A DNA stretch of 63,497 nt, counting the filler, from Octopus bimaculoides (Eukaryota): the NCBI RefSeq assembly GCF_001194135.2. It is 5 parts of 4 records of this genome, joined end to end, with 100 filler letters (N's around TTAATTAATTAA, not from the genome) between each part and the next. Parts side by side here need not be neighbours in the genome. Positions count along the whole stretch, not along the records: positions 31,446 to 55,982 come from NC_068981.1; 4 more parts are not named here. One strand, 5' to 3'. The translations under genes were made by a program, and so were the position numbers. Shown one piece after another: positions 36,673-49,620 of the stretch; position 1 is the first letter of the stretch; each line of letters begins with the position of its first letter. The notes beneath the pieces are model-generated. The model saw only the letters and a list, made by a program, of their open reading frames with translations, made no database searches and was not told the origin of the DNA.

Positions 36673-38805
36673 NNNNNNNNNNNNNNNNNNNNNNNNNNNN
36701 NNNNNNNNNNNNNNNNNNNNNNNNNNNNNNNNNNNNNNNNNNNNNNNNNNNNNNNNNNNNNNNNNNNNNNNNNNNNNNNNNNNNNNNNNNNNNNNNNNNN
36801 NNNNNNNNNNNNNNNNNNNNNNNNNNNNNNNNNNNNNNNNNNNNNNNNNNNNNNNNNNNNNNNNNNNNNNNNNNNNNNNNNNNNNNNNNNNNNNNNNNNN
36901 NNNNNNNNNNNNNNNNNNNNNNNNNNNNNNNNNNNNNNNNNNNNNNNNNNNNNNNNNNNNNNNNNNNNNNNNNNNNNNNNNNNNNNNNNNNNNNNNNNNN
37001 NNNNNNNNNNNNNNNNNNNNNNNNNNNNNNNNNNNNNNNNNNNNNNNNNNNNNNNNNNNNNNNNNNNNNNNNNNNNNNNNNNNNNNNNNNNNNNNNNNNN
37101 NNNNNNNNNNNNNNNNNNNNNNNNNNNNNNNNNNNNNNNNNNNNNNNNNNNNNNNNNNNNNNNNNNNNNNNATATATATATACGTTTGTGCGTGTGCGTG
37201 TACGTGTGCATGTGTGTATGCACATGTACACGCCTGCACACCCGCTTACATGGTCATCATCAAATCAGAGAATTACAGCTAATTATCACAAAACTCTTCA
37301 TTTTCGAAAATAAAATAACAATTTGTTAACGAGATGGCTGTAATAATAATCGACCTCAAAAATTATGACATCAGTTTCAATAAAAGAATTCTAGTAATAA
37401 TTATCAGTGATTTCCTCATTTCATTTATATATACACTGAACGAAATATTCTTCAGTTTCTAATTTTCAACCTACGCGCTCTCATATTCTCTTCTTTGTTA
37501 CTTTCTTTCATAACACGATCAACACCCTCACTGTTTTACTTTTTCATATATTCTTTGACTGCTGTCTTCTATTTCCTTTATTTGTTCCCACTTAACCCAT
37601 TATTTCCACTAACGTTCGAATAGAGCCACCCTCTATGTTATATTGTTTTCTTCGCCTTTATTCTCACTCAGTCGGGTCTTTTTTTTCTCTGTTTTGCTCC
37701 TGACACTACCTAGAACGCTTTTCTCCATCATTAATCTTTCTACCACCAAACAATACAATATTAAAAATTGAACTCAGCATACATATTTGTGTCTTTCATA
37801 TATTTCTTTTATCCCTGAAAAATCATTTGGAAGAAGAAATCAAAGTAAAGCAATATTACCAACAAGAGCTTTTTTATTTGAAGTGTTTCATGAGAATTTT
37901 AATCTAATCTGTCGTATTAATCTTTGAACAAATAAAAAAAAAAATAATGACATTGTTTGAGAAGAAAATACATAGATGAGTGAACAGCCTGCAGTGTCAA
38001 TCGTATTTTTTCTATGACGAAATAGTTCCCCACGTTCCAGTATTGTTAGATTCACAATCAAACTGGTTTTGTAGGTTTTGTTCTCCTTAAAATACGTTGA
38101 ACAAAAGCGCCATTTTTGGAAACATGCTATGAGGTTAATTCGTTAACTTTTCTTCTGTTTGACTACAATGAATACGAATCGTATCGAAAGAGGTTATAAA
38201 TAATTCCATGCCCTAGCTCTATTGTTCGGTCAACAAGTTCTCATTTAGTACACCAACTACGAGCGTGGTGAGAGTAGAATTCCAGAATAATTTTCCAGTT
38301 CAGCCTTATAAGATTATGCTCGTTTGCATAAAAGAAGAAAACCATCAAATAAATGTTTTTTCTTTGTTTTTTTTTGTTTTCTTTAAGTAAAAATAACATA
38401 AGAAAAGAAATATTCATTATTTCCATATCAAAATTCAAGTGCCAAAATTTGAACAGATTTTATGATGTGAAAACAACAAAAAAATGCCGAGTTTTGTCCT
38501 GCCCTTTTTGAACAACAAAGACAATTAAACTCACTGAACTCTGTCAATCTCCCATATCATCAGTTATGAGAACATTCTTAAGACAACAGGTATACACTGA
38601 TGAAAAGGGGCATAAAGATGTCACTGAAGACTACTTAGCAAATGAATAGGCGTTCGCACTTATAAAAGTCAGTTTGAATCGCAAATTGCACCAAAGATAC
38701 TTTAGTTTTCAATGATTAACTATAACTGATTTGTTCAATGCACAATTTTTGCGCGTTCGCCTTTTTGTGAAGGCCGATGATATATACAGAAATGCGAGCG
38801 AGAAG

Positions 38806-39420
38806 GCGGCGAGCTGGCAGAAACGTTAGCACGCCGGGTAAAATGCTTAGCGGTATTTCATCTGCCGTGGAGGCGCAATGGCCCAGTGGTTAGGGCAGCG
38901 GACTCGCGGTCATAGGATCGCGGTTTCGATTCCCAGACCGGCGTTGTGAGTGTGTATTGAGCGAAAGCACCTAAAGCTCCACGAGGCTCCGGCAGGGGAT
39001 GGTGGCGAACCCTGCTGTACTCTTTCACCACAACTTTCTCTCACTCTTGTTTCCTGTTTCTGTTGTGCCTGTAATTCAAAGGGCCAGCCTTGTCACACTG
39101 TGTCACGCTGAATATCCCCAAGAACTACGTTAAGGGTACACGTGTCTGTGGCGTGATCAGCCACTGGCACGTTAATTTCACGATCAGGCTGTTCCGTTGA
39201 TCCGATCAACTGGAACCCTCGACGTCGTAAGCGACGGAGTGCCAACATTTCATCTGCCGTTACGTTCTGAGATCAAATTCTGCCTAGGTCGACTTTGCCT
39301 TTCATCCTTTCGGGGTCGATAAGTTAAATACTAGTTACGCACTGGGATCGATGTAATCGACTTAATCCCTTTGTCTGTCCATGTTTATCCCATGTATGTT
39401 TAACCCCTTGTGGGGAATAA
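38806..39420 (+). mobile_element. tRNA-derived SINE split by a nested SINE
   Basis: Host halves 38806-38868 and 39261-39420 rejoin to match the intact copy at 39428-39630. Confidence 0.88.
38869..39246 (+). mobile_element. full-length 378-bp tRNA-derived SINE with a 14-bp TSD
   Basis: A-box TGGCCCAGTGG and B-box GTTTCGATTCC. Perfect TSD atttcatctgccgt at 38855-38868 and 39247-39260. Confidence 0.92.
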
Positions 39421-39427
39421 AAAAAAT

Positions 39428-39630
39428 AAGAAACGTTAGCACGCCGGGCGAAATGCTTAGCGGTATTTCGTCTGTCTTTACGTTCTGAGTTCAAATTCCG
39501 CCGTGGTCGACTTTGCCTTTCATCCTATTGGAGTCGATAAATTAAGTACCAGTTGCGTACTGGTTCGATCTAATCGATTGACGCCTCCTTCTCCAAAAAT
39601 TTCGGACCTTATGCCTACAGTAGAAAAGAA
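39428..39630 (+). mobile_element. tRNA-derived SINE, tandem copy
   Basis: gaaacgttagcacgccgggcgaaatgcttagcgg..gagttcaaattccgcc..gtcgactttgcctttcatcc. Confidence 0.88.
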
Positions 39631-41778
39631 AACATACAGAAATGTCAAAGAACAAAACAAAGCATAAATATTTACTATTACTATATCCTTATATGTATGC
39701 GTGCACATACATTAACAAACTTTGTGTGATTAGACGGCGAAATGAGGAACGAAACGAATACGTCATATAGCAGTTTGAAACTTAAAGCTTTTCGGGTTCC
39801 GAAATTCAGATCTAATCATTTCTGTACTGTTGAATTAGAATAGCCTTCCCCTTCACATTCTCCCTTTATTAAAAATGTATTGTAAGATGATTAGAGAACT
39901 TTGAGAGAAATTAACGAAAAAAGAATAGCATTGATAAGTATTAGAAACGTTTCGTTCGATTACTTCGATTAAAATTTCAAGGCAGAGCCCCAGAATGACT
40001 GGTATCCTATGTCTGAAACAAGTAAAAGATTTAAAGGATATANNNNNNNNNNNNNNNNNNNNNNNNNNNNNNNNNNNNNNNNNNNNNNNNNNNNNNNNNN
40101 NNNNNNNNNNNNNNNNNNNNNNNNNNNNNNNNNNNNNNNNNNNNNNNNNNNNNNNNNNNNNNNNNNNNNNNNNNNNNNNNNNNNATATATATATATATAT
40201 ATATATATATAACAATTGTTTTTGTTCCAGCACACGATTTCAGATCAGGTCACTTGCTATGCCAGTACATCTCTGTAATATATATATATATATATATATA
40301 TCAAATAATAAGCAACACGTATTTCAAAAGTGATTGCAGTACGCACGTTTCATGCTACTTCAATTTATTTAAGTAATGTGAGCATTACCTTAAATGCAAT
40401 ATGAAGAGCAATCTTCAGCTGCACGAAAAAATGTAGAAAAAAGACATATTACAAATGTGGCAACATATTAAAACCAAGTGGGAGAGAGCATATATATTTA
40501 TATAGACAAATATTAAAAAGAATGAATGAATGTTTATGTAAGGCCGTTATATGTTGTATTTAAGACACAGCGAAGCGTGTTAACAATAAATCGACTTTCT
40601 CTGGAGCATTATAATTTTCCACTTCCTCTCTAAACAAAAGACATACACGCTCACGGTCTACGATATATATATGGTGTCATTTCTATAACTTTCTCTCAAC
40701 ACAATTATCTTTGTTGGGCTATATGTTTCTGGGTGTTGGCATATTGTATGGAGAACGTAGTGTTTTATACTGTAATTCACCTTTAATTCATAATGTAACT
40801 TTTCTTCCGCCATTTAATACGGTGTCTCTGGGTCTATTGTCTACTACAAGTCGTTAACTTCAATCTAAACACATTTGCACCCACATATTTATTCATGTAC
40901 GTGTGTATACGCACAGACAAGCATGCACTCATACATACGATGATCAGGAACAATATATACTCGCTATATCTCATATAACACGTTCCCTCTCTATATGTAT
41001 ATATACATACTTATATACATATACATATATATATATATATATATATANNNNNNNNNNNNNNNNNNNNNNNNNNNNNNNNNNNNNNNNNNNNNNNNNNNNN
41101 NNNNNNNNNNNNNNNNNNNNNNNNNNNNNNNNNNNNNNNNNNNNNNNNNNNNNNNNNNNNNNNNNNNNNNNNNNNNNNNNNNNNNNNNNNNNNNNNNNNN
41201 NNNNNNNNNNNNNNNNNNNNNNNNNNNNNNNNNNNNNNNNNNNNNNNNNNNNNNNNNNNNNNNNNNNNNNNNNNNNNNNNNNNNNNNNNNNNNNNNNNNN
41301 NNNNNNNNNNNNNNNNNNNNNNNNNNNNNNNNNNNNNNNNNNNNNNNNNNNNNNNNNNNNNNNNNNNNNNNNNNNNNNNNNNNNNNNNNNNNNNNNNNNN
41401 NNNNNNNNNNNNNNNNNNNNNNNNNNNNNNNNNNNNNNNNNNNNNNNNNNNNNNNNNNNNNNNNNNNNNNNNNNNNNNNNNNNNNNNNNNNNNNNNNNNN
41501 NNNNNNNNNNNNNNNNNNNNNNNNNNNNNNNNNNNNNNNNNNTATATATATATGTTTATATATATATGTATAATGTACGGCTCTTTGATAGAAAATTCAA
41601 CAAAAGGCGAATGTACGGATTGGTGCGCTTACGCGAACACTATAGACTTATCTACTCCTTTACCTTTACCCCCTCCCCTTACTTAGTGGTCTATAGCTCT
41701 TTTGTCTTAATAGCGGTCAACCACACAGTAATTTCCCTTTGTTTAACGGTCCTTTTTCACAGGAATTATCAATGGTCG

Positions 41779-41839
41779 GATAACTGAAGAGATGTTGGCG
41801 TGGTTTTCCACCCCGGCATCCGAAACTCGGAGTTGTATC
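41779..41839 (+). ncRNA. minimal type I hammerhead ribozyme candidate (second family)
   Basis: gataa-CTGAAGA (41784-41790), a stem II with 12 of 13 pairs capped by UUUU, one extra C, GAAA (41822-41825), quasi-palindromic ACTCGGAGT, GUU site (after 41834), then gtatc. Confidence 0.65.
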
Positions 41840-42938
41840 ATACCTACCGAAAAAGTGTCACATATTTCTACAGATAAATTCCTCTATTTACATAATATCG
41901 AGGTCTCTTTCTTTCTTTTGCTGTCCTTTCTATCAATATATATATATACATATATATATGATAAATAAACACACGACTTAACGTATACTGAGTGTAAAAT
42001 CAGACAGGAGACAAATACAGAAGGTCCCTAATTCTTCATCAGTTATCAACTAATTGCTAATACTCAGTTTCGCACTTTTAATGATAGGAGTGAGAGTTTC
42101 GCAATTGGAGGCGCCCGCAAAAAGAAATTATTTTTGCGAAGAGTTGATGGCCGAGAGAAAACAAGCCAATCAAAGTAAAGCAAAATGACACAGAGTGTGG
42201 TTTAGGACGTTGGACAAGGACGAACATTCAAGCAAAATATGCCATTCGGGCTAAGAAGACGAAAATAGTGAGCAAAGTTTGGACGGAGAGGCAGAGAATT
42301 TGTAGCAACACAGCGAATTTGTATTACCAAGTATATTTTTCTATATACCCGTGTGACTCTCACTCTCTTGCTTTCATTCTTTCCCTTTTTCTTTTTCTCA
42401 TTGTTGTGTCGACGCCCCCAGGCGAAGAAGTAGGATCTCCCAAGACATATAAATAGAGGTAGTCTGGCCGTGGTAGGAGAGTTGAGTAGCAGTCGAGTAG
42501 CAGTTGTGTAGCGGTTGAATAGAGATCATCCGAAGGTGCTAGATAGCAGTAGCGTTGAGACATAACACTCATCCTCTCACTTCTATTGCAGCCTTTCCAC
42601 TTTCTCCTTTTCTATTACCAGCTTTTCGCCTTCCTCTTTTCTTCATTCATCTCGTCCCCTTTTTTCTCTCTGTCACTCTCTCTCCCTCTCGCTTGTTCCT
42701 TTTTTACTATGGTCCCGAGCTAACCAGTCGCAAATTCTCTGTCTCTTCGTCCTTTAGGTTGTTTTCTAAGCGTTGCCCACTATTCATGTCTCCTTGTCCC
42801 TAACGCCATATTTTGCTCGACTCTTCGTCCTTGTCCGCCATCCTAAATCACACTCTGTGTCATTTTGCTTTGTTTTGTTTGGTTTGCTCTCGACCCTGAA
42901 TTTCTAACCACTAAGTCAAGCACCTTCGCATCATATAT

Positions 42939-43009
<71 letters not shown>

Positions 43010-43506
43010 TGAGTTTATACATAAACGGAATAATAGGTTCAGCATCAGAATGTTTGTTCTGCTGCTGTTGTTCCGACCCTTTTCCCTCTAGGTGCAAATC
43101 TCTTGAACTGTGTCTTTCTAATTCGATGAAAAATGTTCCAATCCAAGTTGGCGAAAATGCCTTAAGTTCTCTTTTCTAGGTCTCTGCATTCTAACAGTAA
43201 CGTCTTTTGGTTCACTGGTGTCAAACCATATCGGCCTAATTTTGTCTTGGATATATCGGCGCGGAAACATTTTCATGCATAGATAACGAAACAAGACCCA
43301 TTTTTTTTTGTTTGTTAGCTTTTATTATTTCTTTTGTCTTCCCTTTCAATAGGGACTTTCTACTTGCAGATGTTGAAATCTTCTGTAACAGTTGTGAAAA
43401 GCCTTTGATATGTTTTTCGCATTGTGACGCTAACTCACTAATTGCTCTGTTAGTTTTTAGAGTTGCTTCATAATACTAGCACACACACACAAACACACAC
43501 ACACAA

Positions 43507-43558
<52 letters not shown>

Positions 43559-44170
43559 ACACATACACACACATATGTTTATATATGATGTGAAGGCGCT
43601 TGGCTTCACATCATACACACACACACACACATAAATATGAATATATATATTTATATATGCATATATATATTCATATATAATGCAATAAATAATATATATT
43701 GTATATATGTATACAACACATTTATATACATATGCTTTTAGCATTGTGCCGCCACCTCACTAATTGTCGTGTTGTTATTCTTAAATCTGGTTTGGAACAC
43801 ACACACACACATACACACACACATACACGCACACATAACACACGCACACACATACACACACACAAACACGCACACTCACATTTAAATATAGAGCATATGC
43901 ATTTTTTTTATCAAGACGGACTAAACTCTTGGTGATTTCTCGACACACCCTTTCTCTTAACTTTTTCTTTGTTGCCGACGATCCACGATAACAAAACTTC
44001 GACGCCTTATGTTCTTTTGATCGCCTTTTTGCTCTGTTTCATTCACGCGTTGTTTCGTTGAATCTCATGTTCTGATTTCTCTTTCTTTAAACGCCTCCAC
44101 TCTCCACTATCTCCCTCTCCTTCTCTCTCTCCCTCCTTTCACCTCTTCCCTCTGTCTTCCTCCCTATGTC

Positions 44171-44210
<40 letters not shown>

Positions 44211-44841
44211 ACACACACATATATAATATACATACATACACAAACACCCACGTACCCTTATACACAACGATAATAGTTCACACAATGATATTTCATAATC
44301 CCGTGTCGTGTATGTATTGACTGACTGAGAACAGTTAAGCGTAAAATCAGATTTCAGTTATTACACTATCAATATCACGCCCTTCTGTTTTTATTCTTCG
44401 CTCTCACTACTAGGTTGGGTTGAGCATTGCACCGACAGCCAAAGAAATATTACTTAGCTTTCCCTGTTTAGCCCTTGATGGACTATGAGACAGCAGATAT
44501 ATTTCTATTCAAACGCTTTCTCCGCCGTGGTCAATACGTTTCGTTTTCAGGTCAACCATCTTTATAACATTTTAGAATGTTTGTCCATTTGTTTTAAGAT
44601 ATGTATTGTGAGATGTGAAAAAGAAAGACTTTCCTGCTTTTTTTCTTATTGACCGACCGGTTGCGTTGAGCTTGTCGTTGACCCGTATTGCTAAGGCTAA
44701 CAATTCTGCTGATACCTGTTTTTGCTTAATACCAGCTTTTACTCAACAATACCAGCATTTACTGTTTACTTACTGTTCAATGAAGTTGGTCAACGAGTAA
44801 TAAGTATATTTACTTAGGACGCAATTGAATGACTGTGACAA

Positions 44842-46450
44842 ATCAAGACTAGTGTTTTCTCGGTTCGCTGTCCGGGTAGAAGATCGAATCATTGATCTAT
44901 GCCACCTTATTAACTTCCTTTTTCTTATTCTTTGTCTTTTTTCTCCCTCGCTCTCTGTTTCAAAGAATCATGAGGGTCTTTCGAAGATTTCATTAGAATG
45001 ACGGTGTAACTAGAGAATGGAAAATGCTTTGAATCAAAGAACCAACGATTTCTACAAACGAGGAAATTTTCTTGAGACAATATTTCTAGTTCTAAATAAT
45101 GAATATGAATATTTCTCCGTGATTTGTTGTATCTCGAACAGGTCCTTATGCACTTTACCAGCCTCAAATGTAACTTTAGTGAGTACAGGATTACAGGTAC
45201 TGTATAGAATTTGGTATTGTGAATCTTGTTTCAGTTTTAATAGTCTAGAGGTTTTGGTGGTTAGAATTGTTGACCGAATGTCCAACTGCTTGTTTATTTT
45301 ATAGTTAAGTGGTTTTGGTTTATCATGTACTTTATCTATGTATATATAATATTCCAATCTGTATATCACGAGTTTGGTTACGCACATTGAGTCAACTGTT
45401 TGTAGTTTTATTCTGTAATTCAGTGACTCCTTGAGTGTGTGATTTTCTCTATTAGATAGATGTAAGGTAGAGTGGATGCTACTACAGTTTTGTTGTCATT
45501 GACATCATCGCATTCCTACTGCTTTTGGAATCCGGCCTCGTATAGTGCATGAGAAAATGGTCTCGAAAGAATTTATATAAGAGAAGATAGCGTCTCTTAC
45601 ATTGTTTGTGTTTATGCAGTTCCTCATACTTAGACAAGAATATGGCATGTCTTTGGAAGGCGTTTTAGAATGAGTCTATTTCTTGCCCTTATAATCTTTA
45701 AATAGTTCACCAGGAGAGTCGATAAAGTTTTTATTATCTGTTTCCCTAGCGATACTGCTGCTCTATGATATTTTAGGGAGATTAAACATAATGGTCAAGG
45801 CATTGGTCTGCTAAAGCTGCATTAATCTTCGCCTAAATACCGTGTTTTCGTATATTTTTGTTGGGTATTCCTATGGGTTTATGCACATATACATCTGTGG
45901 CTAAATTTTGTATTGTTATCATATAATACTTTGCAGTATTTACGTTTGACTGGGAAGTATTTAGTGTTTAGTGATCGGAAGTTTGTATCTATATTTAGGA
46001 TAAAGGGTGCATTAGAGCAGGTAATATTTATTTCTCCCTTTTATATTACCTGTTGTTCGCTTGCTTGACCTTGTATGTGTATCTTAATTTTTGTTTGACA
46101 CCGCTTGCCTTCATGACACCTTTGCAACATAGTGAATCGTTCTCGAATATTTATTTCAACCGATAATATAGAGATACGCCGGCTTATACAGCTGACTATT
46201 TAATCAATTTTGAGCGTTTTGAGTGAATTTTTATATGAATAAGAAATCTTCTTTAGTGAGGATCGCATTTTCTTGTTTTTAGGTTTATTGCAATCACCAG
46301 GTAATTTACTAAAATTAGTTGCTTGTTAGGTTGTTTGGTTCTTTGATATACTGTTGACTCTGAGATTAAGCCCGTTAGAATTAAGGGAAATAGGCCGTCA
46401 AGCTATATAGTTTTATACCGGATATATGAGGTAGTTTAATTATTTTTAAT
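44842..46450 (-). mobile_element. highly decayed Penelope-like element (tentative)
   Basis: Weak minus-strand remnants RPI (~46390), KYID-like, LATDVYVHKP (~45870-45905) and TLPYI (~45460-45480), with a relic hammerhead-like motif downstream at 44842-44896. Confidence 0.4.
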
Positions 46451-47102
46451 ATTTCCATAGTCCTATTAACTCGTAGACTCTTCCTCTTCATTATATCCCA
46501 TACTTATGTCGAAGAGTTGATTCTTGTATTTTTTTTCTTTCATCTGGAATGAGTCATCTGCAAATAAAAAATTAGTTTCTTGACTGCATTTTGTCTAAAA
46601 TCTAGTGCTTTATCAACGGATTTTCCGTTTACCAGGAAGAAATTTACAACGTCCAAATACAGAAAATCTGAGAATTTAAACGCCATGTCGTTTAGCACGC
46701 GCAAACGCACACTCACATATACATAAATATAAATGTGCATGTGTGTGTGTTTGTGTGTATACACAAAGAGACATAATCACAGACACTGACACGCGCGCGT
46801 GCATAAATACATATACAGCTATATAGTCGATGATACGTATTTTGTTTGCCCACTACAGGAGGTCATACGAACCATGCTCTTCAGGAACTATACCAATTAT
46901 GCAATCATTTTCGTCCGGTTGTCCTCGCATTTATTTCATCGAAATGAATATAAAAATGAGTAGTTGACGCATGGGTTGTCTGTGTAATAAGGTAAAATTT
47001 TAAAGATTATCCCTCCACTGACTAAAATAGAAAAGAAAAATGAATCAAAATGAATAAATAAACAGCCCAACTTTGTATGAAGTTTTTAATAGCTTTATAT
47101 AA

Positions 47103-47148
<46 letters not shown>

Positions 47149-47165
47149 GTGCGCGCGCGCACGTG

Positions 47166-47202
<37 letters not shown>

Positions 47203-47415
47203 TAGGCGGGCTAGCTGAATCGTTAACGCGCTGATAAAATACTTAGCGGCATTTGGACCGTCTTTATGCTCTGTGTTCAAACTCAGCCCAGTTCGACTTC
47301 ATCTTTCATCCTTTCGGGATCGATAAAATAAGTACCAGTTGAGTACTGGGAGCGATGTAATCGACTAACCCACTCACTCGAAATTGTTGGCGTGTGCCAA
47401 AATTTTTACATCAAT
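47203..47415 (+). mobile_element. tRNA-derived SINE, diverged
   Basis: Homologous to 39428-39630. Confidence 0.8.
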
Positions 47416-47419
47416 ATTA

Positions 47420-47635
47420 AAGCGGCGCGTTGGCAGAATCGTGAGCACGCTGGGCATACTTATAGATATTTCGTCCGTCATTAAGCTCTGAGCTGAAACT
47501 CCGCCGAGACTGACTTTACCTTCTTTCTTTCGTTGTTGATAAAAAACATAAGTACAAGCTGAGCACTAGGGTTTGTGTAATCGACTAGCGCCCTCTCCAC
47601 GAATTGCTGACCTTCTGCCAAAGTTTGAAATGAAT
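47420..47635 (+). mobile_element. tRNA-derived SINE, diverged tandem copy
   Basis: gcggcgcgttggcagaatcgtgagcacgctggg.. homologous to 38806 and 39428. Confidence 0.78.
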
Positions 47636-48819
47636 TTCAAGACATACAAGATATCTACATGTAATATGTTAGTAACATGCTGCAAAAAATGTTTCTATCC
47701 GCCAGAATGGTTCTGATTAGGCATATCTACAATTGACTCCAATCCAATAGGGATGATCTTGATTGTTTTTATATCAGTAGGACTACAAAGATCATTGTTT
47801 CTCCTTTATTTATAGGGTAGTATGTGATTGAGAGATACAAATATAATTGACCGCATCTACGGAAAAGCAAGCTGACTAATTTGTATGAAAGTTAATTACC
47901 ATCACAAGATAACACACATGCTGTCTTCAGTCTTTACTTTATCGTCTGCTATAGCAATGGCTTTCAATTGTGTCTCTTCCCCGTAGACACTATAATGTGA
48001 GTGCAACAGCCATTCAGACATTCCCGACTCATTTGTATCTCCTTTTCTTGTTTCCTCTTGTTTATCTAACACTCAGGACCTGCATTAACCCCTAACAGCA
48101 GCAGTCCACTGTAATATCTGCTCACAATGTTTTAAGAACATCACTCATTTCGAAAGGCATGTGAAGGAAATAGGCACTGCTACATATTGCGGATCAATAT
48201 CACAAGAAAGAACAAAAGCTATGAGTGTGCAACCATGAAGTGGATTATTAGTGCCTCACTTATGAAGAGAAATATTTTCTTCTGGTGAAGACTTTCAAGA
48301 TGTACTATATATGGCAGCTCACTTTTCACAAGAGTTTCCCACGTTTCTATAACAGCAAATCTTCACAATTGTCGATTGGTCTTAAAAATATAGGAATGCA
48401 TCGTTATTTAGAAGAATTTCATTTCACCATCCTAATTGGCATTGTATTACAAGACAGTTAGATGTATTGAGAACATTCTTTCGTAGCTAAATATCTATCT
48501 TTTACAATCATGTTTTCTTTTTTATTTCCTCACAATAGTGTCAGTAAAGAGAATTTCCTTCCCATTAGCACAGCATCTCTATCTTTCTCCTGTCTCTCTT
48601 ACAGTCTTTCTATTCCCATATCCTCGCTTCCCCACCCTCTCTCTTTCTCTCACTCTATATATATGCATATATACGCGTGCGTTTATGTGTCGACATCACC
48701 TACGTATAAATGCGTCTGTCGGTCTGACTGTCTTTTCTTTTTCATCTTTTATCTTTACTTGCTGTCAAGTGGTGGGGAATGGGGAAATACAACACAAACA
48801 AGCAAATAAACTTACACAC

Positions 48820-48950
48820 ACATATTTAGGATGGGCTTCTTTCAGTTTCCATCTACCAAATCCACTTACAAACCGACTTGGTCGGCGCGGGCGATAGTTG
48901 AAAACACTAACCCAAAGATTCACGAGGTGGCAAGGAAAGACCAAAGTAAC
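48820..48950 (-). mobile_element. SINE fragment (family of 61746-61905)
   Basis: gggcttctttcagtttccatctaccaaatccacttacaa is the reverse complement of the family tail. Confidence 0.75.
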
Positions 48951-49070
48951 TTCAAAGTGGAAACTTGGTCCAAACGCTGGTTACAGAGTGGAATCTGCCA
49001 AAGAGACCTTAGAGGCCAAGTGATATGCATGTGTCTATNNNNNNNNNNACCTGTCCATTTGTTTTATATA

Positions 49071-49620
49071 CAGAGGTTGGACAAAATAATGGAAACACCT
49101 TAAAATACCAAGCAAATTTACTTTAATATGGGGTAGGACCGCCTTTGGCAGTAATTACAGTTTGAATGCTACGAGGTATGGACTCATACAAAGTTTGAAT
49201 CGTTTCCAAAGGAGTTTTTATCCACCCTTCAGCTAAAACAATCTCCAGTTCTTGTTGTTGTGATGGTGCAGGATATCGACTCTTTACTTATTTTTCTAAA
49301 ATGCACCATAAATAATATTGAGATCCCGGGACTGTGGTGGCCAGATGTTCAACTTCATTAGAATGTTCCTCGTGCCATTCAGTAACAGCTTTAGATGTGT
49401 GAAATGGTGAATTATCATCCTGAAAAATTGCGTTTCGACGAGGAGATTTTTCCTTCTTTCTCAAAGACTGTCATTACTTTCGAGACAGTACTTCTTGATG
49501 CACCAAACGTTTCGGCTGTTTTCGTTACGGCAGCGCCTGACATACGAGCACTAACACTTTGACCTCTTTGAAAGTCCGATAGATCTGTCATTTTAATGAA
49601 TTTTAATTACTTTTTCTACT
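49071..49620 (-). mobile_element. Tc1-like element, internally deleted
   Basis: TA + TIR cagaggttggacaaaataatggaaacacc. Minus strand reads MTDLSDFQRGQSVSARMSGAAVTKTAETFGASRSTVSKVMT (ATG 49591), joined to FQDDNSPFHTSKAVTEWHEEH. Confidence 0.88.

Noticed and set aside
38869-38945. tRNA-like sequence (also 12591-12660 and 61746-61810)
   Set aside because: No clean acceptor stem, and each continues into a SINE body. These are SINE heads, not tRNA genes.
41990-42850. Probable interspersed repeat with cccaagaca..gagg..catccgaagg echoing hammerhead flanks
   Set aside because: No CTGANGA or GAAA core is present in this copy, and its class cannot be supported from the sequence.
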